Source: Cenarchaeum sp. (GTDB taxonomy: Archaea > Thermoproteota > Nitrososphaeria > Nitrososphaerales > Nitrosopumilaceae). From it: a DNA stretch of 64,000 bases. Below the pieces are notes generated by a model. The model did not search any database. It was not told where the DNA came from and was given only the letters and a program-made list of their open reading frames with translations. Positions within the stretch are counted from its first letter, which is position 1; each line of letters opens with the position of its first letter. The translations under genes and the position numbers were made by a program. Positions 9,132-17,390 of the stretch are shown in pieces. The stretch spans positions 1,568,001-1,632,000 of the forward strand of contig OZ242221.1 in the NCBI GenBank assembly GCA_965206845.1, read 5' to 3'.

Positions 9132-9659
9132 GTGTCAGACCAGGATAAGATACCAGACGAGGCGGCTCCCGACAATGCGGATACTGCGTCTGAGGATGCA
9201 GGGAGCAAGCCCGGCACCAGGGAGATCCAACCGGATCCCATCACCGCATCGATCCTAAGCCCGCTCTCGGAGCCTGAGACGGACTACAGGAGGGGGGGCT
9301 CGAGCTTTGAGCAGTTCGTGGATGAGCGGATTCTTGTAAGCCACGATGCCTTTGGCAAAAAAGAGATGAAGATCAAGGTACTGGAGGTGTCAGACGAGAC
9401 ACCACCCGCCAGGTGGAAGTTCGGCGACAGGATCAAGCTGAACAAGATACTGATCACAATCAAGCACCTAGACACGCAGGAGATCGAGGAGGGCGAGCTG
9501 GACATCGAGGCGGTGGAGAAGGAGCTGATCGAGAAGCGCCACTACACCTCCACGAACCGCTGGGTTCCGATCACGGACATCAAGAACGGCTACGTAACCG
9601 GCTCCCGACACACCTCGCTGATAAGCGACGCACTGGCTCTGGACTATATCGTGTTCTAG
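9132..9659 (+). CDS. Conserved hypothetical protein
   Basis: GTG about 25 nt after TTTTTTATT; disordered N-terminus then a globular domain with strong coding bias. Confidence 0.75.
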   Translation: MSDQDKIPDEAAPDNADTASEDAGSKPGTREIQPDPITASILSPLSEPETDYRRGGSSFEQFVDERILVSHDAFGKKEMKIKVLEVSDETPPARWKFGDRIKLNKILITIKHLDTQEIEEGELDIEAVEKELIEKRHYTSTNRWVPITDIKNGYVTGSRHTSLISDALALDYIVF

Positions 9660-9816
9660 CCAGAGAATTACACACATCAAGTTACGGGTTCGGGACTTTT
9701 TCTGACGCCCTGACGATCCCGCCAACACTTGGTTCTCGCGCTTTGCTTGCGGAGCAGGCGGGGACAGACCCCTACCGTGGAAAAGGGTTTTAAAGACTCA
9801 AAGTTGAGGCTTCACA

Positions 9817-10152
9817 TTGATCATCAGGGATGTAGTGATAAACGGAACTGAGTTCAGGGTGGCGCTCACTGATCAGACCATACGGCAGGTGAGGGATCTG
9901 AAGAGCCTCTACGCTATGTCCTGTGAAGATCCCGAGAGCTTTGACCAGATAAGCTCCCAGATATCTGGCATCATAAGCAGTATCGCGGCGACGGCCGAGC
10001 CTACCGTGACTGATGGTGATCTTGACGGCTTTATACAGGAGATAATCAAGATGGTGGACAACAGAACGGCTGCGGTGGAAGAGCTTACCGCAGGCACGGG
10101 CAGGGCCAAGACCAAAAAGAGAGCCGCAAAGACCAGACGTTCTCGGATGTAG
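9817..10152 (+). CDS. Conserved hypothetical protein with basic C-terminal tail
   Basis: TTTTAAA box at about 9788; coding-like composition. Confidence 0.75.
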   Translation: MIIRDVVINGTEFRVALTDQTIRQVRDLKSLYAMSCEDPESFDQISSQISGIISSIAATAEPTVTDGDLDGFIQEIIKMVDNRTAAVEELTAGTGRAKTKKRAAKTRRSRM

Positions 10153-10198
10153 CCTCCAAAGCAAAATTGGTTATATCCTAGAAGGTGTAAAGGCGTAC

Positions 10199-10339
10199 AT
10201 GGGCAAGAGCTGTGAATGTGGCATCTGCGGCCACTTTGACGAAGATGAGTGCTTTGTGAAGGAGTGCAGGTGTTGCATTAACTTTCACAGAAGATCCGGT
10301 CCAAAGGTTCGGCCGGTCTCCCCCCCCAGCATGTCATGA
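10199..10339 (+). CDS. Small Cys-rich putative metal-binding protein (46 aa)
   Basis: MGKSCECGICGHFDEDECFVKECRCCINFHRRSGPKVRPVSPPSMS (7 Cys, 2 His); TTATAT box at 10171. Confidence 0.7.
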   Translation: MGKSCECGICGHFDEDECFVKECRCCINFHRRSGPKVRPVSPPSMS

Positions 10340-10445
10340 GGCCGGCACTACACCCGGTAGCAACTGCACCTCTTTGCCACGTGCCTTGCGCATCCCACAA
10401 GCCGGTGGTCGGCGCATCCGCACAGAATACACTTCTTTGGCATGA

Positions 10446-10820
10446 CTATAGCTCCGATATGGCATGATCAATCTTGTCAATAAACCTTCCATCATAAAAC
10501 GAGTCGATGATCTTCAACCTCATATTCTTTAGCCTGTTGGGATCGTCTGCGTAGATGTCCGTCATTGTCTGGATCTCCCTTGCAAAGTAGTAGCTGTCGA
10601 GGTAACGGCTGGATGCCTTTAGTATTGAGACGTACAGATCGGCCTCCTTTTTGGACGAGTCGATTCTGCTCACTATGGCTCGCAGCAGGCCGTTGATCTT
10701 CTGCCACTCTCGGTTGATTATGTCAAGATCGCCGGGCCTGTCCTTGAGCTCCTGCAGCGTCTCGTAGGAGGATCTGATCTGGACAAGAAGATCCTTTATG
10801 TAATCATCAAACGTGACCAT
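10446..10820 (-). CDS. Conserved hypothetical helical protein
   Basis: 124 aa, coding-like; TTTTTAT box about 25 nt upstream on the minus strand. Confidence 0.75.
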   Translation of the reverse strand: MVTFDDYIKDLLVQIRSSYETLQELKDRPGDLDIINREWQKINGLLRAIVSRIDSSKKEADLYVSILKASSRYLDSYYFAREIQTMTDIYADDPNRLKNMRLKIIDSFYDGRFIDKIDHAISEL

Positions 10821-11304
10821 CCCGCCATATCTGCACTATCCGCATAAAAATTACTTTTGGATGTGCGCCTTTGAGTCCTGCACGGAACCGGGGTGGCCCG
10901 ATCAGCTGCGTCCGTACGGCACATGGCCAGTGCCTGAGACGTGATTCACAACAAGCGGAACCACACGTGATTGGCTTGGAGTTCATATGCATTTTGTGCC
11001 CTGGTGCTAATTGTGAACCGAGTCTCTGCTTTCTCACTGGTTGGAATCATGTGCTGCCGCCCGGCAGGAATGCCTGCACTATGAAAGCGCAGATGGCATC
11101 TGCCTGGGATCATCTGCGAATGCCGGATCCAGGTCAGGCGGCATCTACCTCATGGCATGCCGGTTCTTGCCACCTTGTGATATGGTGTTGCCAGGCGTGG
11201 GTGGAGACGCGCCGCGTCATTCTGGCCACAAATGAAAGCCTGGCTCATACAACAGGGTTTCAAAATCCGATATGCCGTGCCACCGCAGCAGGTCTCCGGA
11301 GCGT

Positions 11305-11703
11305 CTAGACTATCGAGATCTCCACCGGGTCACCCTTGCTGTCCCAGGCAAAGATGTCGTCGTTCTCGTAGGGCGACTTGACGATCATCGAGACCAGCCC
11401 GAAGAAGTTGTGCAGGTCTGTTACCGAGGGCCTGGCCGAGCCGCTGGGATGCGAGTGGACCATGCCCACGTACTTTAGATCAAACGGCAGGAAGGAGTGG
11501 GGAAACCCAGCAAAGGTCGGCCCGGTATACGAGAAGGGCGGTATCACAAGGCTGTCTACCAGTATCTCGTCTTTCTTTGACTTTCCCTTGAGTATGAGGA
11601 CTCCCTCGTTGGGGTGCTTGATCTTGCAGAACGAGAGTATGCTGTCGCGCGCGTCTGCCGTCAGGCTTACGTGGCGCTTTACATTCTTTTTTCCAAACAA
11701 CAC
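11305..11703 (-). CDS. JAMM/MPN+ (Mov34) metalloprotease
   Basis: HPNEG...L.G and HSHPSG...PS..DL JAMM motif. Start placed at GTG 11703 downstream of the AT-rich TATA region. Confidence 0.9.
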   Translation of the reverse strand: MLFGKKNVKRHVSLTADARDSILSFCKIKHPNEGVLILKGKSKKDEILVDSLVIPPFSYTGPTFAGFPHSFLPFDLKYVGMVHSHPSGSARPSVTDLHNFFGLVSMIVKSPYENDDIFAWDSKGDPVEISIV

Positions 11704-11800
11704 CCTCTGGAACGATTGAAAATTAATTATAGTTTTCATACGTGGTGCCGGGTTCAGGATGCCCGGTGCCGCCATTTCGCATCCGTGGCCAGGTGCCTGG

Positions 11801-13084
11801 CTATGGGTCAGCCCTGTAGATGCTGTACCGCGTGGAGGATGCGTCATACAGCAGCGTCTCCACCTTGGATATCATGCCCGCTCTCTGCTCTGCCATCTCG
11901 TGGATCTCGGATCTGATGGACCGTACCCGAAGCTCGCAGTCGTCCATGTCCGCTCTGGCCTTCTCCAGCTCCGTCCGGAGACGGTCCAGCTCAGAGGCAT
12001 CAAAGTCCTTTAGTGCGTCCTCCAGCTTTTTGCATTCGGCTGCGTGATCGGCAAACCTGCCACGAAAGGCATCCAGCATCTCCACGATGTCGTCGATCTG
12101 GGAGACTGACTTCATCTGATCCTTTACGGATACGGAGCCTGCCAGAACGCCCTTGCGCACTGCCATCAGAACCATGATGATCTCGCTCTTTGATCCGGCT
12201 TGTACTGCATCGGCGGGCTTTGAGACCAGCTGCTCTAGAAGCGCCATCTGATCCCTGTCCAGGGACGACACATAGAAGTACTTGCTCAGGGGCCTTGAGA
12301 TTTTGGTAAACTGGGACTCGATCTCCTTCCTTATGGTGTCCTCCTTCTGCCGCGTCTGGACAAGCTCCTCCCTTGTCTGGGCATACCGGGCGTACTCGTG
12401 CGATGACGTTATGCGGCCAATGGATCTGTCTGCAGCCTCGCTCTCCCCAGTGATCCGCACCATCGTCTCATGCAGCGCGCCCGTCTTCTCCTCCTTCTCA
12501 GATACCGCCGCCTCCGAGTCGGCGATCTGTTTTAGCAGGAGGCGCAGGTCTGCAATGCTGTTCTGGAACTCGTCAAAGCTCTTTACCATCTTGAAGAGCT
12601 CGTCACGATCCGAGTTCAGGATCGACAGCGTGTCCTTGAGCTTGTTCCCGTGCTTCTTTGCAAAGATGTGTATCACCCGGGACTGCCTCCCCAGGGTGTC
12701 GCCGATCCTCTTTATGGACTGGCCTATCTCGCCGGCAAAGACACGTACGTCGCTGGCGGATCTGATATCGGTAGTGGCGCGGCCAGCCTCGGCCCTGATG
12801 ACAGAGATCGTCTGCTTCTTCCCCCGCACGACCATAATCTTCAGGTGCCTGTCCACGTCGTCGGTCTTGAGGTCGGCCCTCTCCAAGGCGTCTGCTATGC
12901 CCAGCAGGTGGTTCAGTCCCGGAACCATCTTGGATCGGAGCTCCCCTGCCTCGTCCACGAGTGTAGAGGAGCGCAGCTGCTCCAGATCCGAGATGGCCTG
13001 CGGAATGGCGGACATCTCGATATTCTTTCTGCTGGGTGCCGCCTCCCTCACCTTGGGCCTCTTCCTGCCCCATCCAAAAATCAT
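11801..13084 (-). CDS. Long coiled-coil protein (conserved hypothetical, often mis-annotated as SbcC-like)
   Basis: Start MIFGWGRK follows an AT-rich promoter; heptad-rich; no Walker motifs seen. Confidence 0.75.
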   Translation of the reverse strand: MIFGWGRKRPKVREAAPSRKNIEMSAIPQAISDLEQLRSSTLVDEAGELRSKMVPGLNHLLGIADALERADLKTDDVDRHLKIMVVRGKKQTISVIRAEAGRATTDIRSASDVRVFAGEIGQSIKRIGDTLGRQSRVIHIFAKKHGNKLKDTLSILNSDRDELFKMVKSFDEFQNSIADLRLLLKQIADSEAAVSEKEEKTGALHETMVRITGESEAADRSIGRITSSHEYARYAQTREELVQTRQKEDTIRKEIESQFTKISRPLSKYFYVSSLDRDQMALLEQLVSKPADAVQAGSKSEIIMVLMAVRKGVLAGSVSVKDQMKSVSQIDDIVEMLDAFRGRFADHAAECKKLEDALKDFDASELDRLRTELEKARADMDDCELRVRSIRSEIHEMAEQRAGMISKVETLLYDASSTRYSIYRADP

Positions 13085-13355
13085 TTCGATATACATTGTA
13101 CCTGTCTGAATAAAACGTTTTAAACGAAGAATCGGCGTCTGCGTGCCTGTCATGCCAGGACACTGCATCCTGCGATCAGGGCAGGAATGGCAGACTTCCT
13201 GCAGCCGTCGACACTGCCGCCCTGGACAGCGGCACCGGTGGCCGGATCCATTGGGCACCGCATGTTCGGCGCGGATGCGCCCCGGAATACTCGGGGCGGA
13301 TCCCGGCGGGGCAAAAAAACTCAAGGGGTAAATACTGCGGGCGCAAATATACTGC

Positions 13356-13718
13356 ATGAGCGACACCAGGTTCATACTGGCGGGAGTGGCGCTTGTCTTT
13401 GCCGGGTTCATCACGTTGGGCGTCTTTGGCGGGGACTATGCCCAGGGCACGGTGGAGCAGATACAATTCGATGACTGCTACGAGTACTCTGACGACAGGA
13501 GTCCCGTGCCCATTGACTGCAGCGTCGTACTGCAGAACAAGGTGCTGTTCCTTGTGCTGGTTCTGGCCCTGATCGGGGCAGGCATTGCGGCGCTGGTCAG
13601 GGGCGCGAGGGGCGGATGGGATCAGGATGTCCGGCCCGAGGATATGCTTGGTCCTGGCGGTACAAGAAATCTGACGGACGATGAGGGAGGGGGCCCTTCT
13701 GCCGGCGACAAAAAGTAG
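13356..13718 (+). CDS. Two-TM membrane protein with external Cys pair
   Basis: Two hydrophobic helices; FDDC...PIDC loop; GGWDQDV.PED motif; TAAATA upstream. Confidence 0.75.
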   Translation: MSDTRFILAGVALVFAGFITLGVFGGDYAQGTVEQIQFDDCYEYSDDRSPVPIDCSVVLQNKVLFLVLVLALIGAGIAALVRGARGGWDQDVRPEDMLGPGGTRNLTDDEGGGPSAGDKK

Positions 13719-13721
13719 TGC

Positions 13722-13817
13722 CTACTGGCTTCCCACTATATAGAGGATGTATGCAGAAGCCGCCACTACCAGTCCTATTAGGACGTATCCCATGGCCTTG
13801 AAGTCCGAGGTCTCCAC
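13722..13817 (-). CDS. Small single-TM membrane protein (31 aa)
   Basis: GTG start, METSDFKAMGYVLIGLVVAASAYILYIVGSQ; AATAAATA box about 25 nt upstream. Confidence 0.6.
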   Translation of the reverse strand: METSDFKAMGYVLIGLVVAASAYILYIVGSQ

Positions 13818-13998
13818 GGCTTTGTGTGCAGACGGTTGGTATTTATTTTGTTTGACGGGACGCGGGCGCGTGGCCGCTGCCGCACCGTGCATGGCGTGGG
13901 GATTTCCTAGGATGCAATGCCCGGATGGAGCGGCGCCCGGTCTCATGCCTGGCCTGCAGACCGGATAGGGGATCGCAAAGGAAGGCGTGCCAGACGCG

Positions 13999-15312
13999 CT
14001 ACCAGACGATCCCCCTTACCGACTCGATGGTGCGAACGGTTCCGTCTATGAGATCTGCAAGCTCCTCTTCTGATATCGCGAGGGGCGGCACCAGCAGTAT
14101 GATGTTTCCCAAGGTTCTGAGGTAGATGCCGTTCTTTCTTGCGGCCTCAAAGAGTATCCTGTTCAGGGATCCGGATGCTGTGACCGGCGTCTTGCTCTCC
14201 CTGTCGCTGACAAGCTCGATTCCCATCAGCATGCCGCTGTGCCTCACGTCGCCCACCATCTCCTGTGACTCGATCCTGTCGCGGCTCTCCTCAAACACCC
14301 TCGACGTCTCCCTGATCTGCCCGATCAGGCCGTATCTCTCATACATCTCCAGATTTTCTAGCGCAACTGCCGACGCGATGGGGTTTCCGGTGTAGGTGTG
14401 GCCGTGAAACAGGTGTCTGCAGTCGTCGTACTCGCCCAGAAACGAGTCGTAGACCTTCTCTGTTGCCAGCGTCGCGGCAAGGGTGAGGTATCCGCCGGTG
14501 AGCATCTTTCCAAAGGATACTATGTCCGGCGCGCTCCTCTGGGCGACGTACTCTGCCATGCTGCCAAGCCGGCCCAGTCCCGTTGCCACCTCGTCTGCCA
14601 CAAGCAGCACGCCGTACTCTCTGCACAGTCTGGAGATGCCCTCCTGAAATCCCCGAGGGTAGATTATGGCCCCGCCGGCCACCTGGGCCCCACTCTCCAT
14701 GACAAGGGCAGCGACTCCGTCGTCCTCCTTCATGGTATCCTCGATCCTGTCCAGGCAGTAGGATTGATACTCTTCTGGCCCAAACCCGGAAGGGATCCTG
14801 TACCTGTGGGGCACGGGCATCTGCACGCACTCGAACAGCTTTTCGCGGTACCTGGAGAAGAACTCCGCCGAGTACCCGATGGACATGGCCCCAAAGGTGT
14901 CCCCGTGATATCCGTTCTGCAGTGACATGATCCTGGTTCTGTTCTCGCCCAGGTTCTTCCAGTACTGGATGGCCATCTTGACGGACACCTCCATTGCCGA
15001 CGAGCCGTTATCCGAATAGAACACCCGGCTCATGCCGGGGCATGTCCTGACCAGCCGCTCTGCCAGCTGCTCTGCCGGACCGTGTGTCAGATTGAACAAG
15101 GGCGAGTGCTGGAGGTTCTGGGCCTGCCTCTGGATGGCGCGCACAAGCTCCTGCCTGGAGTGGCCCCACACGTTACACCACATGGACGCGACACCGTCCA
15201 GCAGTCTTCTCCCGTTACTGTCAAAAAGGTACATCCCCTTTGCCGAGACTATCTCATCAAATGCATCCCACTCGCTCATCTGCGTGTTGGGGTGCCACAC
15301 GGATCCGCCCAA
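13999..15312 (-). CDS. bioA: Adenosylmethionine-8-amino-7-oxononanoate aminotransferase
   Basis: VWHP.TQM, D..S.WCN..GH, FYSDNGS.A.EV..KMA.QYW, YHGDT.GAMS, DEVATG.GR.G, GK.LTGGY, HGHTYTGNP. Confidence 0.95.
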   Translation of the reverse strand: MGGSVWHPNTQMSEWDAFDEIVSAKGMYLFDSNGRRLLDGVASMWCNVWGHSRQELVRAIQRQAQNLQHSPLFNLTHGPAEQLAERLVRTCPGMSRVFYSDNGSSAMEVSVKMAIQYWKNLGENRTRIMSLQNGYHGDTFGAMSIGYSAEFFSRYREKLFECVQMPVPHRYRIPSGFGPEEYQSYCLDRIEDTMKEDDGVAALVMESGAQVAGGAIIYPRGFQEGISRLCREYGVLLVADEVATGLGRLGSMAEYVAQRSAPDIVSFGKMLTGGYLTLAATLATEKVYDSFLGEYDDCRHLFHGHTYTGNPIASAVALENLEMYERYGLIGQIRETSRVFEESRDRIESQEMVGDVRHSGMLMGIELVSDRESKTPVTASGSLNRILFEAARKNGIYLRTLGNIILLVPPLAISEEELADLIDGTVRTIESVRGIVW

Positions 15313-15468
15313 CTACACACCCTGCCCTGTTGTGGTTAATAACCCATCGCAGCGGTCGGACCATCTGCGGTATCGGGTGTGATCCCTGCAGCAGGATCCG
15401 GGACATCACGCGCGTCGCAAAACCTGGCAGATATGACGCGGGTTTTTATGGAAGCACAGACCACAAAA

Positions 15469-15555
15469 ATGCATATGAAGAGATTCAAGCATACTAATTT
15501 AGAATTAGAACTTGCCAAGTTAAAGGCAGAAAAGAAGAAGAAGGCCCGGGCATAG
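15469..15555 (+). CDS. Small Lys-rich basic peptide (28 aa)
   Basis: MHMKRFKHTNLELELAKLKAEKKKKARA; TTTTTAT box at 15443 and T9 tract at 15561. Confidence 0.6.
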   Translation: MHMKRFKHTNLELELAKLKAEKKKKARA

Positions 15556-15560
15556 GGCTA

Positions 15561-15569
15561 TTTTTTTTT
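15561..15569 (+). terminator. Oligo-T archaeal intrinsic terminator
   Basis: Run of nine T five nt after the 15555 stop. Confidence 0.5.
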
Positions 15570-16092
15570 ATCTCTAGACTGATGGTTCCGCCCGCGTGGT
15601 CGACATGTGCGGCCACTCTGGGGAATTGCGTGCCTGATTGGCAACCGTACATTTTTCTGACGTCCTGGCGATCCCCTCCGCACTTGGCTCCCATGATCTG
15701 TTTGCAGAGCGTGTTGCGGTCCGGCCCCGGAATCTCACACCTAGTGGTGATGTTCTCTGCCGCCCGACTGTTTTTCTGACAGCGTTCCACGTGGGCCCGC
15801 AACCGTGCTGCGCCTGTATCCGTATTCCGCACGCATCATGCTGATGTTAACCTCTCTAACTAGGCAGTATGTTGCATTGATCTAGGCGCAAAAACTTGTT
15901 AAACTGTAAACCCGCGTTTGAGCAAAGCATGAAGCTACATCTTGCCAGTATATCCATCACGCGCATGCATATTCCGTCTGGCATGTGGTTTAATTTTGTA
16001 CATGGATTATGCTCAACGCTTGCTCCATTGCACTAAAACATGTTTGTGTAATTTGCTAACCGTTTAAAACCATACGAAAACTAGATCCGGCA

Positions 16093-17202
16093 ATGAACAT
16101 CAATACAACCATATTACTTCTTACACTTTCTGTACTTGTAGCCGTACCTTCCCAAATTGCATTTGCGGACAGCCAAGAGAAGCTGGACTTTGCCGCAGGG
16201 CTTGAAGAGACGCTCGGACACTTTTGGGCCATAGAGCTCAACCTGGACGAGGGGAACGCAAATCTTGCGGTGATCCACGCAACGCACCCGATAGCCGAAC
16301 TGTACGAATCCATGAAGCCGGCACTGCAGGATGCGGATCCTGCCTTTGACACCCGGTTCCGGACCACGCTGCTTGATCTGAAGGACGCGGCAAGCGTCGA
16401 CGTGTCGCGGGCACAGGCCCAGCAGACACTTGAGGACGCAAAGGCGCTGGTCCAGGATGCGCGCGACCTAGTTGTGGGTGACGCGCTCAGCGACGACCCT
16501 AACTTCAAGCTCAGACTGATGAAGACCCTCCTTGTGACGTCCATTGCAGAGTACGGCGAGGCCGTATCCGATGGCATCATTGAGGAGGTGGCCGAATTCC
16601 AGGATGGCTCTGCCTTTGTCTGGAGATCACAGCAGATCCTCGACGAGATAAGATCCGACATCAGCAGCGATGATGCCAGAGATATCGATGCGCTCTACAC
16701 GGACCTCTGGGCGGCATACGACGACAGGGCTGACCCGTCGACAGTTGACGCGCTCGCAAGCGGAGTCGTCAGCAAGATTGACAGCATAACAGGTGAAGGC
16801 TCGACCGGTCTGCTAGAATACGTCGAAACAATCCGGAGCCTGCTAGCTGACGCAAAGTCCGAATACCGCCAAGGCAACAACGATCTTGCGCTGAGCTATG
16901 CCACAAAGGCATATCTTGACAACTTTGAGTTTCTGGAGGGACCTCTGGTTGACGCAGGAGAGCGCGAGCTGATGCTGGAGGTAGAAGAGATGATGCGCGA
17001 GGAGCTTCGCTCGATGATAAGGGAGGGAGCTCCCGTACCTGAAGTGGATGCGCAGATAGACTTGATTCTGGAGAGAATGGACACGGTAGCAGTAATTGTG
17101 CCGGAGTTCGGTTCTATCGCAATGGTGGTTCTGTCGGTGGCAGTAATCGCCGTTGTCGTACTAAGCATGCGAACTAGGCTTGGCCTAGTATACAGAACCT
17201 AA
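16093..17202 (+). CDS. PEFG-CTERM surface protein, acidic helical bundles, probable iron-binding partner of FTR1
   Basis: Signal peptide; HP..ELY, EFQDG and AYLDNFEFLE motifs; C-terminal VPEFG + TM + basic residues. Confidence 0.85.
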   Translation: MNINTTILLLTLSVLVAVPSQIAFADSQEKLDFAAGLEETLGHFWAIELNLDEGNANLAVIHATHPIAELYESMKPALQDADPAFDTRFRTTLLDLKDAASVDVSRAQAQQTLEDAKALVQDARDLVVGDALSDDPNFKLRLMKTLLVTSIAEYGEAVSDGIIEEVAEFQDGSAFVWRSQQILDEIRSDISSDDARDIDALYTDLWAAYDDRADPSTVDALASGVVSKIDSITGEGSTGLLEYVETIRSLLADAKSEYRQGNNDLALSYATKAYLDNFEFLEGPLVDAGERELMLEVEEMMREELRSMIREGAPVPEVDAQIDLILERMDTVAVIVPEFGSIAMVVLSVAVIAVVVLSMRTRLGLVYRT

Positions 17203-17390
17203 ACGATCTTTTCAATTTTTATTTCTGCTCTAGCGCTGGCCATGGTGCCGTAGGCGCAGAACCCAATCCATCTTCTCCGCGCACGCATCCGGGCCGGCAT
17301 GGCTGCTCCCATAACAGTCATTTGTTTTACAAACGTAGAATTTGTTTGGACTTTAAATACGCTCTACCGCCAATCGACAGTGGTGCGCAC

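Noticed and set aside
10871-11308. 145-aa Cys/Trp-rich ORF and local CGCAGATG/CATCTGCG inverted repeat
   Set aside because: Composition is typical of a spurious GC-rich frame with no motif or promoter; a single 8-bp IR is not significant.
15845-15912. BirA operator near bioA (TGTTAACC, TGTAAACC half-sites)
   Set aside because: No inverted partner at the expected spacing, and the site is over 500 bp from the bioA start.
16036-17350. DtxR/Fur-like boxes upstream of the iron genes (AAACATGTTT; ACAAA-N7-TTTGT)
   Set aside because: The two palindromes do not share a consensus and short AT-rich palindromes are expected by chance in promoters.
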